A program made the translations under genes and the position numbers. A stretch of DNA of 60,762 bases, filler included, from Dimorphilus gyrociliatus (lineage: Eukaryota; Animalia; Annelida), in the NCBI GenBank assembly GCA_904063045.1. It is 4 parts of 4 records of this genome, joined end to end, with 100 filler letters (N's around TTAATTAATTAA, not from the genome) between each part and the next. Parts side by side here need not be neighbours in the genome. Positions count along the whole stretch, not along the records: positions 23,168 to 41,503 come from CAJFCJ010000205.1; 3 more parts are not named here. One strand, 5' to 3'. Shown here piece by piece: positions 25,634 to 38,399 of the stretch. The notes below the pieces were generated by a model, which was not told where the DNA came from, made no database searches, and saw nothing but the letters and a program-made list of their open reading frames with translations. Every line of letters starts with the position of its first letter. The stretch's first letter is position 1.

Positions 25634-27750
25634 TTATCTTTGTATTAAAAAATTTTTAGATTCTTTTTTAGAACATTTAAATGCTGAAAGAGGATTAAAT
25701 TTTATCTTTTTCTTAGATCTAAGAGTACTCATATGGATAAGGGAAAAGGTCATTTTTGTATTAAATGCTTCAAAGTTAACAAGCATGTTTGATATTTTTT
25801 GTCTATTTTCCCTATAAATGTATTTATTCTTCCATTTTGCTTCTCTACATATGGTTCTATTTCCTTTACAGTTTTGTGGTAATTGCAGTACTTTTAAGGT
25901 TTTGACAGAAGAGTAAAATCCAGTTAGAATATATTTGAATCCACTAGATTCAAATCGGTAGAGTCTAATAATAAAAGTTTCAATATTTTGACAAGAATTT
26001 AACAAATCTCCCAAAGCTATACAACTTTTTCCAGTAAAGAAAATTCCAGTAAGCTGCAGAGTCTTTAAACTTTTCGAAGATGATTTAAATTGATTTAGTA
26101 ATCCTTTGGAAATTTTAAAGAATTCTTGACCAAATGTGAACATATTTAATAGAATATTATCAAGATTTCTACACAATTTAAATAGATATCTTAAATATTT
26201 CATTTCTCTTTTACTTAGGCCTTCATAACTCAATCCAAAGTTTGTTACTGTTTTAGAAGAATATTTTAAACCTTCGAATATTGGATATAAATCACATTTT
26301 CCTTCTGGTGAGCATAGTTTAAATTCTTTGATTTTTTAACATTTTTTAAGTTGTTTGCACAGATTCGTAACACCAACGCTATCGAGTGTACACCGATCAA
26401 TAATTAACTCTTTTATAGACGTAAATAGGCTTTAATAATGTATATTTTTCAAATTATATAATTTCAATTCCTCTATGATATTATCCTTTAAAATAGCAAG
26501 ATTTTCAATATTTGAAAATCTTTTATTATCATTAAATGGAATTATTAAGTTATGTCATTCTTTTAAATGTATTATTGTATTTAAAGTTGTCTGCAATTGA
26601 TTTTAAAGACAAATCCCTTAATGTTAAAATATACATTAGAATATTTCTATTATATGAAAAATATACTCTATCATTATAGTCTAGTTTAGCATAATTAAAG
26701 TTGATTCCAGTTGTAAAATACGGTGTCCATAAGTAGATAGTACAGTTAAACAAACACTAGAAAATTTCTTTTGCCTTGTTTGTAAGGTTGCAATTTTGAG
26801 CTTTGTGTATGTGTGTGTGGGGGGATATTCTAAAAATAGACTATCTACAATAGATGTATTGATGTATTCTTGTACTAATCTAAATTATTTTACTAATGAA
26901 ATTAATTATTTATTAAATGAAAAAATTTGTGATTTTAGCAAAATTATTATCTAAATGAAGTGTATCCGTTTCTGAAGGACTTTCTTTAAAAATGTACCAA
27001 AACTGACCATATCTTTCTTTAATTCCTCTTCCTTTCCGGAAACCAGATGTTTAGTGGTTAAATTATAGAATTTACCAATTTTATTTAGCTACAAGATATT
27101 ATATGGAGCATAAGTCATTTTGAAATTATTAAATAAACAATATACAAACAATTAGGTAAATATTTGAAAAATCAATAAAACCATTGTAAGAGAGATTGTT
27201 TTTATGAGCAACTTTTAAAAGTTTGCAAATATCTCTTCCAATTTCATAAATATTTTCCATTTCGTAAAACTTTTGATTATTCCTAAGTCTGTCTAAAAAG
27301 ACTAGTGAATTTTTATCCAGTGAACAGTTATTCAATAATTGAATATATGATAAATCTGGAAAAGAGAAAACAGTATTGAAATTTCCTAACTAGTTTTATT
27401 TTTATGTTATTCTAATAAAAACAATTTGAAAGATTTAACGCTACGACGTCATTAATTTGATTCAATCTGAAAAAGTTAAATATTCAAACAAACTGTAAAA
27501 ACAAGAAATGTGTATACCTTCTATTGTTGAATAAAATCTATTACAATTGGACATATTGAAAACTTAATGGATATTTGTGAAATTTCTATTGTTTGAATAT
27601 AGAAATGTTTATTCTAAAATAATCCCTTTCGATAAGTAATCCATCAAAGTATCTATCTTTAATTTGAGATGTTATATTTTCAAATAGTTCTGCTCCTTTA
27701 TATAAAATATTTAAAATTTAGAAAATAGCTACAAATTTACAAATCCAAAT
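25634..27750 (-). pseudogene. Decayed gene: kinase-like remnants followed by RI-type LRRs
   Basis: LRR frame 25634-26550 (SSKSLKTLQL, LGDLLNSCQNIETF) has in-frame TAA at 26336-26338 and 26432-26434. Upstream exon remnants EIGRDICKLLKVAHKNNLSYNGFIDFSNIYL and IKLVN..WFPE..KIWS resemble kinase subdomains VI-IX without catalytic residues. Confidence 0.55.
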
Positions 27751-27999
27751 TGTGTACATTGTGAGTTAACATAAATCCCTGTTTTGTGGCAGAAATGTTC
27801 TATATCATCCAAATTTAAGAGATAAATGGTTTACCAGTTTGATTTGATCAAAACTGTAAAAAAAAACAAAATAATGTACAGTTCAAGATAAGCAGGAATC
27901 TGAAAATGAATGAATGATAGACAATATACAGTATATATACATAAGCAAAGTCTTACTTTTTAACAAATAACTTGTAATTCTTTAAAACACTTTTTACAT

Positions 28000-28150
28000 A
28001 ACATTTTATGAAGACAAGTAAAATAGCCTTTCTCTATCTTTGAAAAACATCAAGCACCCTGGTATTTGATTACATTGTAATCTACATCACCTTCTGCTTC
28101 CATTATTGTAAGTGTAGAAGTGTCCTTGACATTAATATGACTCATAGCTG
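28000..28150 (-). pseudogene. PAN/apple-domain-like fragment
   Basis: Minus frame reads CQGHFYTYNNGSRR*CRLQCNQIPGCLMFF (C-x3-C-x4-C pattern) with a stop. Confidence 0.35.
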
Positions 28151-28609
28151 TTCTAGACGTCCTATATCACTAACACCAATAAAGTCTACCAGGTGGTTAA
28201 TAAGAAGAAAGTCTGATAGGTGGTAAAAACAGGCCTATGAATCATGAAATGAACGTCCCATTTCAAATGAAATAATCCTATCTTTTTTAATTTGGAGAAA
28301 CTTTAAAGCACAATTTTTTTTACACTGCAAACATGTTTTAACATTGTGAAATTTTCTTGATTTGGCATCTGATGGGTTGTCCAAATCCAAACTACAATAT
28401 TTAAGAGGAAAATTGGTAAATTTTTAAGACATTTCTTTTTAAAAAAAAAAAAAAAAAATAAAACTTTGTCTGCCGCAACACAGGATGTAATATGCATATC
28501 TCAAAGACCTGTAATAACAAACAATTTAGTATTTGTTTACATTGGCAACAATAGATTTAATGTAAAAAACTCTGCCAAGCAAGAGACAACACTATAAGTC
28601 TAACATCTT

Positions 28610-28910
28610 CCAAACATCAAGTTTCCAGTTACAACAATACTGGTTCTAATCAAACCTTTGAACAAATGTTTAAATTAAAATGGTTTATTCAAAATACTAA
28701 TACTTAAACAAGTAGCAATATAAGAGCTCTTGAGGGAGAAGCTACTTTAGAAATGATATAGAAATGTTGAACCTTGTATCATCCTGTGACTAAAGATAAG
28801 TAATGGTAAAGCGATGATTGGATATCAGAGGCAAGCCTCAAAGTATATCAATCCTCACTATTTTCATTTTAAGCATTCCTATCTGGATCCAAAGACCTGG
28901 GAAGATTGAA
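28610..28910. repeat. Family A repeat, rearranged (inverted right end followed by forward middle)
   Basis: 28610-28730 is the reverse complement of the family right end. 28760-28910 is the forward middle. Confidence 0.75.
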
Positions 28911-30649
28911 CTGTAATACCAATGCCAAGAAGTATTCAAAAGTTTATTGGACAGAATAGAATACCTTCAAGTACAATGTTTATGCTTGATTGTAACACAA
29001 TTGGTCAATTTCCATTAGTGTTTATGAAGTCTGAAAATATTGAACGAGTTGCAAAGGCTCTGTGTGTAACTTTAAATAAAACACTTAATCCTCTATTTCA
29101 AATTATACCCATAAAAGACCTAGTAATAATTTTACTAATACAAGAGATATTATCTATACTTCTTTAAAAAAAACTTTTCTTATGTTATAGATCAGAGATG
29201 ATTGTGTCTATACAAAACATTTTTTCAAGTACAATACCCAATTTGCTTTATATCTTAAGTCTAAATAGATATATCATTATATCTAAGTTCAACATATTGC
29301 TTTAACATAATAAAGCAATATGTTTTAATAAAAGTTTTTGGTTTCTTATTATAATTCCATTCAATAATTTCATTTAAAAGAATTACACAAAAGATATTTT
29401 GCACCGCAATACTGAAAAGTAGATCAACACGGCTTATCTCTAAGAGATACATTCATATTCTGTGCAAAGAAAAACTGAACATTCAGTTGTACTCAAAGAT
29501 ATGCTAAAGCTCTTCCTCTTACATACATCTTTTCCAATCATTTATGAATTTGTCAAAAATAGAATATCAAGTACAAATCCAATCTAACAGTGCAATGTAA
29601 TTTTGAGACAAGCTAAGCTTATGTATTGTATAAATTGTAATTTTTGAAATTATTCAATTTTGTGTAGCTGTGTTTATTATTTCTAAGTTTATGTTATAGT
29701 TAATTATAATTACATAATCAGTATGTTTTTTTCAGTTGGTTCATGGACGGTTTCCGTCATGGACATTTTCTTTCATTGACAATTCTATCGATTCCAATAA
29801 AGTATTGTCTTTAAGAAACGGTTTTTAACAATTAATTCTTAATGAAATAATGGTACAAGCTCAAATCATATTGAAACAACAACAGCAAAAAAGAACTGAC
29901 AAGAAAAGACAACTATCACATCATTATTTTGACAACCAACAATAATAACAATCCAACAACCTGTCTTGTGAGCTCTATAAAGAACATGGAACATTCAAGG
30001 TAAGTAAGAACTATTGTAAGCAAAGAATCATTTATTTTAAGCTTATTACACCTTATGAATAAAAGCCAAGCTCTATGTATTTCCAACATCACCAATTAGA
30101 CCACCAGAAGCTTGTGAGATACCTCTATTATTGTCCTGGATCTTTATATTAACATAATCAGTATTAAACATATTTAAACTTTTATAGATGTAGGACTTTT
30201 CATATAAATTTAGACAAGAAAGACTACTTTACAGGGAACAAACAATTTCAACTGCTAATTAAAGGTTGCTCTATCAAACTTTACAGTATCCACATATTCC
30301 GGGTGTTAACTTTTTTTTTTAAAATCAGTTATTCTTATTTTAAAAAAATATTTAAACATGCCAAAAATAGTCCAGAAAATAACACAGTATGTTACTGAAA
30401 TGGGATGAAAAGTCCAGCCATGAGAGATGAAATTTTTGGCAGCAAATTATTGATTGATGAGTGTCCAAGAAGCATTATTGTTTGTTGATATTACTTTTTA
30501 ACTTCTTTACTTAAAAATTCCTTAGCATCTCAATGAAAACAAATAAAATATATTAAAAATAAGACATTCATTTCTTTATAATCTATAGCTGGCTTTTGAT
30601 AAAAAAAGGTTCTATCTAAATTCTATATATAATTTTCTACAAATTTGAT

Positions 30650-31548
30650 ACTCTTACGTAGTTTCATTTTTAAAATATTCGGACAATTCAGTTTTGCTAG
30701 CAAAACTATTATTTCTAATAGAAAACATTTCTATAGGCAATTTAGAAGATCTTTGCCATTTGTAAATTATTCTACCAAAAATTTCCAACATCAATATTAT
30801 ATTTCCTCCAATATTGAAATTACAGGAGTTTTATCCATCCAGTGATATGGCTGACCTGGAGATGTGTGATATAAACCTATCCAAAAACTTTTAGTATAAA
30901 ATTCAATTGTTCTGACATACCATGAATACTAACCATGCTACCTTAAAAAGAAGTTCTTTTATGGCATTCTTGCAAGGCTTCCTTTGTTGAAAGTACATTA
31001 TAACTTGAAAACAAGTAGCAGTAATTTCCAAAAATTTTCCAGTCTTCTTGATTTGGAGTAGGACATAATTGATTAGAATAAGGACTTTTAAGTGTAAAGT
31101 CTACTTGCATTTTACAAATGCTTTCTAGCTGTGTGCTACAAGGAAGAAATTTCCATTTTCCTGTAGATAAAAATGCCACACAATGATAACTATTGTCAGA
31201 AGATACATCCCAACTTGTAAAATTCACTGTGGTATGATCACTCCATCTTAATGAGTCTTGATCCTTGTACTTATATATTCCAATCCAAAAATGTTTTTTA
31301 TTCTTCATAATATGATGTTGTATTTTCTCATTTAAACTTAAAGAATGTATGGATGCCAAATTCATTTCCTTCAAAGTGTAAGACTTGTAAAAATTACCTG
31401 TCATATACAAAATGCATTGATTTACCTGACTCAGACAAGAATTTAAAGATTCTTTCCAGGTTTTTATGTCCTTTTGTATATTGTAACAACCATCCCCAAG
31501 AAATTCTCCTTTCTGACATATCATTTTCTTTGAAGGAGTTGTAGACAC
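30650..31548 (-). pseudogene. Tandem C-type lectin domain pseudogene (mannose-receptor-like)
   Basis: CTLD1 has LASIHS, FWIGI, WSD, CV..GKW..PC..SIC. CTLD2 reads GNYCYLF..C.*GSMVSIH..FWIGLY..WMD with a stop at 30943-30945 and frameshifts. Confidence 0.8.
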
Positions 31549-31656
31549 ATTTTATCTGAATATAAATACATAATAGCACTAAAATGGTCTTTTTTTAAGA
31601 AAATTTGTTACCTTTAAACAAAATTATTAATTTCCCATATAAGTTGGACAGTGCAG

Positions 31657-33400
31657 TGACATTTCGGCCCAGGACTTTTTTGTCGACTTTAGGACATTTC
31701 GGCCCATTTTAGGACAATTTGGCCCCAGGATATTTTAACCCATTTTAACAAAATTTTTCATCAAAAAACAAGAACTATAAAGCCAATAATAAATTTATGA
31801 ATGGAGAGTTCTAGCAGGGTAATGGATACCAGTTTTCTCTTTTTCAAAAGTATATGTTCCTTACTTTAACAATCTCCTTTTCCTGTGTTGACAAAAAGTA
31901 GAAGACATATTTGTTTTATTGCATTTTTCCCACAAGGTTTAATAGAAATCAAAACATGAATTCGAAAACCTGTTGGAAGTGTAGATTGAGATTTCATTGG
32001 AGGCAACAAAAATTCAGATGCAAGTTGTGCAGACATTTTTATCATGCAAAATGTTCAAAAAGTAAGTAAACTCTCTAACTTTCTCAGGTATAATGTTATA
32101 TCATTCATATATTAAGATACAGATTATTGTTCTGATTGTCATGATGTCAGGAAAAGAAAATTATTTATCAAATTGAAGAAAATAGATAACTATCATCAAA
32201 GTAAAATTCCTCTAGAATGTGATGAAAGTGCTCTCAATATGAAATCATCAATCGATAATACAAGTAAAAGCTACACAAATGAGGTACTTTCAATTGTTGA
32301 AAAGTATTGTTACCTAACCCTAAATCATTTTTAATGGTTGAGACTTTCTTTTGACTTTAACTCACCTGAATTACCAAATAATGAAATAGAGTTGAATTTC
32401 CCTGAAGATAGACAAGATATGGCAAAGAGAGTTGACATAAGTGATGAAACTTCATTTGAAATGGAGAAGCAGTACAGCATCCTGGAAACTGAAAGAGATG
32501 GTTTCAAAATCCTTGTAGGTGGAAGTACAAAAGGTAAAGACTTACTTCTACACAAAAATTGTTCATATTCTGTGAAAAGAAAAACTAAATGTTCAATCAC
32601 CTGGAGATGTACTCAACGATATGCTAAAGCTCCTTGTCCAGCATACATATTACAAAAAGGAACAAAATTCACTGTAAAAAATGAAAACCATTTTCATAAA
32701 TTGCATAAAAATCTGGAAAGTGTTCTTCAATCAAGAATGGATTTGAAAGAAATGCTAATTGGTGACAATGAAAAAACTGGTAAAAGAATAGCAGAAGATG
32801 TTATCTTAAAATTTAAAGATAATATTGAAGACTTGCCAGAATTAGAATCACTACGAAGAAAAGCTTCCAGATATAAAGAGAGTAAAAGACCAAAGCATCT
32901 CAGAGATTTAGATTTTGAAATAAATTTGGCTGAAATTCCACTGAATTTCTTATTGAAAGATATAAAAGAAAAGAAAAATCATTGTATTTTATTTTATTAA
33001 TCATCAAGTTGAATTACTAAAATGTTGTAAAATATGGTTCATTGATGCAACATTTAAAGTTGTTAGAGATCAACTCTTTTCAATTCATGGATTCTTGAAA
33101 AAACATGATGAATATCAACAGGTTCCATTGGTCTATGTTCTAATTAGTAGTAAAAAGAAAAATTGCTATATCGCTGTGCTTCAGGTTTGAGATATTTCAG
33201 TAGTGTATATTCACTTTTAATTTATCTGTTTATATTTGAAAACAGGAGATAAGAAAATTAATTGATGATAAAACAACCAGAAAATGTGTGCTTGATTTTG
33301 AAAAGGCAATATGGATGGTACTTAAAGAACAATTTCCCAAATCTGACATTCAAGGATGCTCTTTTCATTTCAAACAAGCAGTTTAGAGAAACATTCAGGT
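31657..33400 (+). mobile_element. MULE transposon copy 2, 3'-truncated: PHD - FLYWCH - DDE with introns
   Basis: Left TIR-like gacatttcggccc repeats at 31657-31730. Peptides CWKC..CKLC..YHAKC|..CSDC, GGSTKGKD..WRC..C..HFH, WFIDATFKV. Intron 33185-33245, then DFEKA..FP..GCSFHFKQ with TAG at 33384-33386. Confidence 0.9.
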
Positions 33401-34020
33401 AAATTTAATGTTATCATTACATTACTTTCATTCATAAACATTGGAGAGAATGCTGTCAATACAGATTTATCGGATGAATTTAAAGCAAAGTATCCTTTAA
33501 CATTGTCATTTGTTTCAATGTAAACTTTAAACATTAATATATGATTAACGAGAATAGTTGATATTGTTTCTAAATAGAGACAAAAGTACATTAACAGATA
33601 ATAAAACATTGTCTTGTCAATAAGACTAACAGAATATATCATTTATAAACCATGTTAATGCTTTTAAGTAAATTATTTTTTTTTTGTAATTAAAGACATT
33701 AAATTGGCTTTCAAAGAAATTGCTATTTAACAGATATATGTTTTTTTCTTTTTTTTAAAAATGTAGTTTTTATTTTATAATATATTTTAATAAAAGAAAG
33801 ATGATCAATTGTAATTCTATTGATTAACATCTTACTTTACACAATAATTACACTAACAAATCTATTTTAAATAAAATTACCTTTCAAAAACATGTCTAAT
33901 GAAATTTTTTTCTTGCATAGACCATATGTGCATTAATACTTTTTTATGTGCAGACATTTTTTTTCATGTAAAATGTTCAAAAAATAAGTAAACTCTCTCT
34001 AACTTTCCCAGGTTAAATGT

Positions 34021-34617
34021 TGTACAACTTTGGTTATATTTTACATGCTTGAACTATATTATTTTATGCAACATATACATGTACATCTTAAAACCTACTC
34101 AAGAAAATGCTATAACATTGGCCAAACATAAGTCTGATTAGTCAGCTTCAAGGCTCATCTTTAATTACCAATAAAGGTTTGGCCAAGTTATAATTTAATT
34201 AACTTGCCTAGGGTGTGGCCAAGTTATAATTCAATTAACCTTCCTAAATGTTCAACCTTGTAACATCCTCTTACTAAACATAAATATGAACTACACATTT
34301 CGGCAAAACTGTAAAGTGATGATTGGATGTCAGAGGCAAACCTCAAAGTATATAAATCCTCACTATTCTCATTTGGCATGCAGCTTCCATCTGGACCCAA
34401 GGACCTGGGAGAATCATCTGGAAACAACCTCCACTGGAACCATCCATCTACTCCTCAACATTAGAAGACAGTTTGGTAATTTGGCAACCTGCTTTTACAA
34501 ACTATCTACTCTGCTATCGAACTCTCATATTGTTACTTGCTTAAGTATTATTATTACGAATAAACCGTTTTAATTTAAACATTTGTTTAAAGGTTTGAGT
34601 AGAACCAGTACTGTTAT
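34021..34617 (+). repeat. Family A repeat, near full-length
   Basis: Colinear with the family. The first 280 bp are nearly identical to 55811-56090. Confidence 0.9.
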
Positions 34618-34689
34618 AGAATAGTCTATTTTGGCGTCCTTTTCCAATTTGAAAAAATTATGAGATTCAAATATTTGAATAAATAAAAT

Positions 34690-34896
34690 GGGGCCGACAG
34701 AAAATGTCCCCAAGTGAGATTTTTGAAAGCAACATTTCAGATTGAAAAATGGTTAGGAGGAGTAAAGAAGCTTTTGATTTGTAGTTAGGGGGCTTCCATC
34801 TAAGGGTTAGGGGCAATCAAAAAGATTAAGGAGAGACAAGGGCTAGGTTAGGGTTAGGGTTAAACCATGCATTTGGGGAGGTTTTCTGTTGTATCC
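34690..34896 (-). mobile_element. 207-bp MITE, variant subfamily
   Basis: TIR acagaaaatgtcccca / tggggaggttttctgt, TSD aaataaaat/aaataaaac, and ggttagggttaggg core. Confidence 0.88.
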
Positions 34897-34914
34897 AAAT
34901 AAAACTGGTCATTT

Positions 34915-35750
34915 ACCATTGAGACATATTTCATCTAATAAATCCAAGCAATTCCTTTCACCATTGAACTTTTCTCCTTTACCAATGCATTGACCACTTG
35001 TACATCTAAATCTGAGTAGTGAATGCACATGAATAGCAGATAGGAATTGAAAATTTTGCAAAAATTACTATTTTGTAGGCAAACATTTCTTAAAGTCTAA
35101 AAGGAAAATGATAAAAGGATTAGAAATTATTTCATAAATATGCAGTATAATGATAATAATTTACTGCAAAAGCTTTCATCTTCAGCTGCTCCACCTCTCA
35201 AATCTGGAATATAATCACACATGCTTCTCACATTTAAAACATCTCTATCCTGAACTGTGAAGAAATATTGTTCAGGGGAAATTTGTTTCATCTTCACCAA
35301 GAGGCAATCAGTTTCATTATCACACCAATAAATTTTATTGATTAGAATAAACCTACACTTTTTGAAATGGATACAAGGGTAACAACCAATTAGCCTTTTC
35401 AACAATAAAAAAGCTTGGGTATATTTGCCACCATGAACAAGTAGCATAATTCCAAGTTGTCATTTTAATTTCCAAGATACCTTCAATCTCCTGATCATAA
35501 TGCACAACACTTGAATAACTACTGTTTACTACAGACAATTTTGTATTCTTTGCAGTATAAATGGTATCATCACTTTGTCTTAGTCTAATATCACTATGTC
35601 TAAACCTACTTTCTTTCAAACAGAACAAATGTCCACAATAATAATTATTCCTTTCAACTATTTCATAATAAATGTATTGTAGTTTGAACATTAATTTTTC
35701 AGGTTTAAACATAAAAAGACCATGAAAGTTTATTGTATCATTGTGCACTT
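34915..35750 (-). pseudogene. Decayed LDLa-repeat exons (paralog fragment of the GRL101-like gene)
   Basis: YWCDNETDC, SMCDYIPD..EDESFC and FRCTSGQCI...NC.D..DE.C, with frameshifts and lost cysteines. Confidence 0.65.
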
Positions 35751-36269
35751 CAGTTCAATATAGATGCTCTTTTAGAAAACCATAGACTTAATTCAATACT
35801 ATTTAATATGAATACTTAACAATAGCATTATGAGCTGGGTATGCACAATTCTATTATACATATATGCAGCAATGCAGGTACACACATGAGCATATAAAAT
35901 TCTTGCAAACAAATGCAACGAATTTAGCATTAACTATAGAACTACATTAGTCTTACTTTAATCACTTAAAAACATTTATTTAGCCGCCAGTTAAAGAGTA
36001 TCAAATGGTCAAACTAAACTATTGTTGACTTTTGGACCAGTTCCAATTTCTCACTTTCAATGGTTGAATTGAATGTTACCAAAATTGCTACATCTTACGA
36101 AAGAAGCTGACCATCTAAATTTATCTGACCTAATTACTCAGGATGAATGAAATCAATTAAAGGTGGAACCATTTTTAGAACTTTCAATTGTGTTAAAATG
36201 TTGCTTTGCATTGTTCAAACTTTGAAATTGTGTATTGTTAAACTCTTAGGAAAGTATATAAACCCTATG

Positions 36270-36545
36270 AATTTAACAGTTGTTAGCTTAGTTTTCTAAC
36301 CTCTTGCTTAGAGATAAAAGCTCAGAATATTCAATACATATCTTATTTGGAAAATACTGGCTTTTTGTTGAAGGTTTGATATAAAACTTTGGACAAATAT
36401 CATTCATTTGTTGATACTTGTGGACAAACTTGAGGTTCTATTTGGACAAATACTTTGGTGTAAAATTAAATGAGCCGTACAGACAAATACACTTGGGATC
36501 AGAACGAAATTCCTACAATCACGATACAACAGACTACAATCATTA
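36270..36545 (+). repeat. Fragment related to 2020-2315 (left part of the mariner-associated sequence)
   Basis: Shared blocks gtggacaaact..aggttctatttg and gaaattcctacaat.ac.atacaac. Confidence 0.55.
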
Positions 36546-37328
36546 ATGCTACATCTTTGAATGGAAAGGTAGAAAATGATAAGGAATACCAGCTTGCATA
36601 TTGCATCGAAATACACATTGAAATGTGAATGTTTAATCAAATTTTCTTGAAAGATAGATAGCTGAGAAGAAATTCTCTTCTATAGTATCTGCTAAATTAT
36701 CACAAAGTGTCCAATTTAAATTTAGATATACAATGATAATTTTCCTTCCTGTTTAATAAGCTTTTTAATTTTTTTCAATTATTTTACAGTGGCTACAATT
36801 TAATCCAGGAGGTTATTCCCAGGTTATCTTCCCAGGTCCTTGGGTCGAGATAACAGACAAATACAGTTGGGACAAGAATGAAATTTCTACAATCTCAATA
36901 CAACATAGTACTAACAAGGTGCAGTTGACAGCCCACAGAAATGCTTCAATGAATGAACTATTGGTCTTTGAAGTGGAAGCAGCAAAAACCAAAGAGTAGA
37001 TGAGTATTTAACTAAAATTAATGAGTTAATGTTAAGAATTAAGAATTGTGGAGACGAAATCTTTGGAAATGATTTTATAAGATACCATTTAATGACTGGG
37101 GCAGCTACAATTCCTGAAACTAAGGGTTATGTTAAACCTACAAAAAATCAATGCTTGGATGAACCTATGCAAACTAATGGATTGGAAAAGACTATTGCTA
37201 GCCTCCTAATTGATGCTAATGAAAAACCTAATACAACTCTCCTTAGAGCCTATTCTGGTAAAAAAGACACTTTGAATTTTAAAAGAAACTTTCAAACAAC
37301 TTGTCGATTGAATATTTGAGATATGTCA

Positions 37329-38310
37329 GCAAAATTTGGCCCTGGACAGTTGTGCCCACTTTTGGACATTTTGGCCCATTTTACAACATTTTGGCCCATT
37401 CTAAGGCAATCATATCAAAGCATTGTGTCTCACTTAAAGATAGGTTTAGTACATATTAATTGATAAATATGACAATCTTCTTTATTCTTTTATTAAAGAA
37501 TAAAAGTTCTCATCCATTTTCAAATTTTAGTTGAGTCTGGAATGTCATGCCTCAACATGATTGTTTGTTCAATTAATTGATAAACAGACCAAAATTGAGG
37601 AGGTCAAGTACTGCTTTTAATGAATGTTTCTTCTATATATTCAAGCAAATCTGTAAAAATTTCTTTCCACAAAGTTTTTCTTTAAGTTGGACAAACTTTT
37701 GTTCAATAAAATTTGAAGGAAGATATGCTAAACACATCAATTTTTGTAACATTTTTTTGTACCCATTTTCTTTATAATCATTAATGTATCCAAGTTTCTA
37801 ATAAAATAAATATTTAATTATTTTCTTCATACTATAATTTAATCTACCTGGACGTTCCTGGAAACTGCTTGTTTGAAATGATAAGATCATCCTTGAAGGT
37901 CAGAACTAGGAAATTGCTCTTTAAGTGCCATCCATAGAACCTTTTCAAAGTCAAGTACACATTTTCTGGGAGTTTTATCATTGATTAATTTTCTTATCTA
38001 CTGTTTTCAAATGAAGAAAACAATATATCTTATACTTGTTGTCAAAACAGGCAAAGGAAATTGTAAAACAATGTAAAATATACTTTTGAAATAAGGAAAA
38101 CTGGTATCCATTACTTCCATAGACTGAAAATATTTTGAATTTTACAATAATTCTTTTACATATCTGAAATTACTATATTATATTACTTATTACATTTTTT
38201 ATTAATTTTATATTTCTTTGTTTTTCTATTTATTGTATATAATTAGCAATTAACTCAAAATGTCACAAAGTGGGACGAACTGTCCTGGGCCAAAATATCC
38301 TTCCCAAAAT
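37329..38310 (-). mobile_element. About 1-kb internally deleted MULE derivative with both TIRs
   Basis: TIRs ttggccc(t/a)ggacagtt...cccacttt..gacatt. 38040-38120 matches 31820-31915. It retains decayed DFEK..FHFKQ and NHVEA.H exons. Confidence 0.85.
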
Positions 38311-38399
38311 GTTACTGCACCTTTGAGATACACAGGAGAAAAAGATTAGACTGTTGAGAAAATCATTTTTTATTTGAAAAAAAAAACTGTTTAAAACTT

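Noticed and set aside
34224-34573. ORFs inside family A repeats as host genes
   Set aside because: The frames are not preserved between copies and show no recognisable domain.
37029-37319. 96-aa ORF as a gene
   Set aside because: TTG start, no recognisable motif, and sandwiched between repeat fragments.
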